This document shows positions 61,696-64,000 of a stretch of DNA of 64,000 bases, in pieces. The stretch's first letter is position 1, and each line of letters opens with the position of its first letter. The stretch is from a virus. A program made the translations under genes and the position numbers. Location of the stretch: positions 35,502 to 99,501 of the IMG/VR virus record IMGVR_UViG_3300027917_002335; one strand, given 5' to 3'. The notes under the pieces are model-generated. The model was not told the DNA's origin. It made no database searches and was given only the letters and a program-made list of their open reading frames with translations.

Positions 61696-62699
61696 TGCCA
61701 AGAGAAAAAATAAGAATATCGTTAGAAGAAATAGAGGAAGCAAAGTCTAAGTTTCATACCTACACCGAACAAGCAAAATATTTAGGTGTAAGTGATGATG
61801 TTTATAGACGAGAAAGAGAACGAGCAGAAAAGCTAAAGCAATTCCAAAATAAGGTTCAATACTTAACAGAGAGAGATCCTAAGTTAGAACTAACAAAAGA
61901 GAAAAGCATAGCAATTCTTAAGAAAGAATGTGAAGAAATCTATTCCAGATCGAGAAAAACTATTGGTTATAATGAAGTCACATTTGACTTAGGAGACGAT
62001 GACGCAGGAGTTAAATTAGATTGCGACTGGCATATAGGAAATGAAATGACAAATCTACCATTGTGGGCACAAGATATAGAAACAACAATAAAAATACCAA
62101 GATTATTTACTGTCTTAGATGGGGATTACACAGATAATTTAGATGCAATAAGCAAAGGATATGAATCTATAATAACTGTGCCAGAAGCTAAGGATAAAGT
62201 TAAGGACGCAGTTATGATGATGGGCAGAAAGATTCTTGGCACAGTTCAAGGATGCCACGATGAATGGTTCTTTAAACAAGATTCATGGGATATCTCACAA
62301 TATTTAGCAGATCATTCCGATGGATACTGGCTTGGCTTTAGAGGAATATTAAATCTAATTATCGGTGAACAAAAGTATCGAATCTATGTAAGGCACAAAT
62401 ATAGAAGACACTCTACTGACAATGAAACATGGGGTATGTTGTATAAATTTAGAAAATTAAAAGAACCTGTTGATATTATGATGGGTGCACATCACCACCA
62501 TCCAGTAATTTCATCTGTATTCGAAAGAGGTCAGCTGGTTTATCTTTGTCAAGGTGGTTCTTATAAGCCTTATGACAGATTTATAGAACATAGGGACATA
62601 GTGGAAGGAACACCCTTAATGCCTGCTTTCCTGTTGAGAGCCGATAGACACGAGATTATCCCATTTATTGATTTCAATGAGATAGAAGATTATTTATAA
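61695..62699 (+). CDS. calcineurin-like metallophosphoesterase with N-terminal HTH
   Basis: DWHIG, GDYTD, GCHD, RH and AHHH. Confidence 0.8.
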   Translation: MPREKIRISLEEIEEAKSKFHTYTEQAKYLGVSDDVYRRERERAEKLKQFQNKVQYLTERDPKLELTKEKSIAILKKECEEIYSRSRKTIGYNEVTFDLGDDDAGVKLDCDWHIGNEMTNLPLWAQDIETTIKIPRLFTVLDGDYTDNLDAISKGYESIITVPEAKDKVKDAVMMMGRKILGTVQGCHDEWFFKQDSWDISQYLADHSDGYWLGFRGILNLIIGEQKYRIYVRHKYRRHSTDNETWGMLYKFRKLKEPVDIMMGAHHHHPVISSVFERGQLVYLCQGGSYKPYDRFIEHRDIVEGTPLMPAFLLRADRHEIIPFIDFNEIEDYL

Positions 62700-62740
62700 T
62701 TGTTTATTTCTTTTAAAAATAAGAAAATACGCTTTAAATA

Positions 62741-63028
62741 ATGTTAAAACAACTATATAGTATGAGCTTTGATATACGGAATTTGCAGGGAAACGAAATT
62801 GTAGTCTTTAAAGAGATGTTAAAGAAGTATACAGGCTACGACAAAATAGATTTATTGATACACAAGACACTAAAATGTCTGGGGATTTCAAAAAATGATT
62901 TTCTTAACCGAAACGCTAAACAAGAAAAGAAAGAAGAGTATATCAAGCAAAACGCACCTGCTCCAGAACTTTACTTTTGTGATGGTGATAAGTGTGAATT
63001 TGATCCTACTAAGTTAGGAAAGTGTTAA
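62741..63028 (+). CDS. small hypothetical protein
   Basis: Last rightward ORF, followed by T-tracts; ends FCDGDKCE... Confidence 0.55.
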   Translation: MLKQLYSMSFDIRNLQGNEIVVFKEMLKKYTGYDKIDLLIHKTLKCLGISKNDFLNRNAKQEKKEEYIKQNAPAPELYFCDGDKCEFDPTKLGKC

Positions 63029-63274
63029 CTCCTCTTATTTTTAACAAAAACTATCTTTTTTTTCTTTTTTAGAAGCTTTTTTTATTTTTTAATATCAAAT
63101 ACTATTAAAAAATTTTTATTGAACTGTGTTTGTTTTTGAATATTGATATGAAAAGAAGCTCCCTACTATAAACATGTAATAGTCTGGGGATAAAAAAATC
63201 AGCGTTTTAAAACGAGCTAGGTTAAATGATGATCAGAGCTATAACTTTTTCTTGCAAAAACTATATTTATTCTC

Positions 63275-64000
63275 TCATTCTGTTGAGACTTGGGCTATAA
63301 AATTACTTGACTTTAGTAAAGTTTTAAAGGTACCTGCATCTGACCAAAATTTATCTAATATCCTATACTTTACATTTACATTCTTAATATAACAATTATT
63401 TACATCGGTAATTTCTAATTCTCCTCGTTCAGAGTAACCAACTTCTTCCATGATTGTTTCTATTACTTTAAAAATTGCGTCGTCATAAAAATATAATCCA
63501 GTTACGGCAAGACTTGATTTAGGAAATTGTGGTTTCTCTTCAATAGAAACAATTAGATCATTATGTATTTCTGCAACACCAAATCTATTAGGATGATCAA
63601 TTTCTTTTAAGAATAAGTAACAACGACCATAATCATTTTCAAATTCTTTTACTTCTTTTTCAAAAGTTTCTTCAAATATATTATCTCCTAATATTACAGC
63701 TATATTGTGTCCTTCTACTATGTTTTTAGTAAGATATAATGCTTCTGCTATTCCGCCAGATTGTCTTTGATAAACATAATTCAAATTACATCCTAATTGT
63801 TTACCATCACCGAGTAGTTTAATGAAATCACCAACAGATTCACCACCTAAAACAATAGTTATATCTGTAATACCAGAATCAACTAAAGTTTTAATTGGAT
63901 AATATATCATTGGCTTATCATAAACAGGAAGAAGGTGTTTATTTGTAACTTTAGTAAGAGGATGTAATCTACTTCCTGTTCCTCCAGCTAATACTATTCC
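63275..64000 (-). CDS. rmlA: glucose-1-phosphate thymidylyltransferase (partial, starts beyond right edge)
   Basis: The frame stays open to the edge: GIVLAGGTGSRLHPLT...NKHLLPVYDKPMIYY, LGDN, EKP, RGELEITD and W.DAGT. Confidence 0.95.
   Translation of the reverse strand, partial: GIVLAGGTGSRLHPLTKVTNKHLLPVYDKPMIYYPIKTLVDSGITDITIVLGGESVGDFIKLLGDGKQLGCNLNYVYQRQSGGIAEALYLTKNIVEGHNIAVILGDNIFEETFEKEVKEFENDYGRCYLFLKEIDHPNRFGVAEIHNDLIVSIEEKPQFPKSSLAVTGLYFYDDAIFKVIETIMEEVGYSERGELEITDVNNCYIKNVNVKYRILDKFWSDAGTFKTLLKSSNFIAQVSTE

Overview
This AT-rich 64 kb window is part of a large head-tailed (Caudoviricetes-type) virus of an archaeon. The host inference rests on TFB, RFC small/large, family B polymerase, AEP primase, an ERCC4/XPF nuclease, a CCA-less tRNA and BRE/TATA-like promoters; an Asgard/Loki-type host is a guess only. 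Layout: (1) 1-11.3 kb, minus strand, morphogenesis genes: portal (running off the left edge and missed by the ORF track), terminase large subunit, baseplate/adhesin-like proteins and a candidate small terminase. (2) 10.35-12 kb, divergent and mostly non-coding. (3) 12-33.8 kb, accessory/early region: MoxR AAA + vWA pair, 783-aa orphan, tRNA-Ala plus an aberrant tRNA-like gene, a ~450-nt structured non-coding stretch, RNase H, TFB and many Zn-finger microproteins. (4) 34-59 kb, replication/modification module: RFC-L, RFC-S, dNMP kinase, clamp-like protein, split PolB, three DNA MTases, radical SAM, nucleoside deoxyribosyltransferase, sulfotransferase, Cas4-like nuclease, primase, APS kinase, XPF and an SF2 helicase. 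(5) 59-64 kb: glycosyltransferases, a phosphoesterase and RmlA. Top observation: six proteins end in the same peptide, [I/V/F]-x-x-D-M-E-L-stop, encoded with synonymous variation. They are RFC-L, the PolB catalytic subunit, a C5 MTase, a Dam-like MTase and two paralogous unknowns. The peptide sits where archaeal PolB and RFC-L normally carry a PIP box, and the virus encodes a divergent clamp-like protein. This suggests a virus-private clamp-docking tag that could tether methyltransferases to the replisome. Other leads are a PAPS/sulfotransferase/glycosyltransferase set, a 67-bp inverted repeat pair bracketing 10.6-24.1 kb, and the candidate large ncRNA. All family calls are from motif reading by eye; no database search was run.
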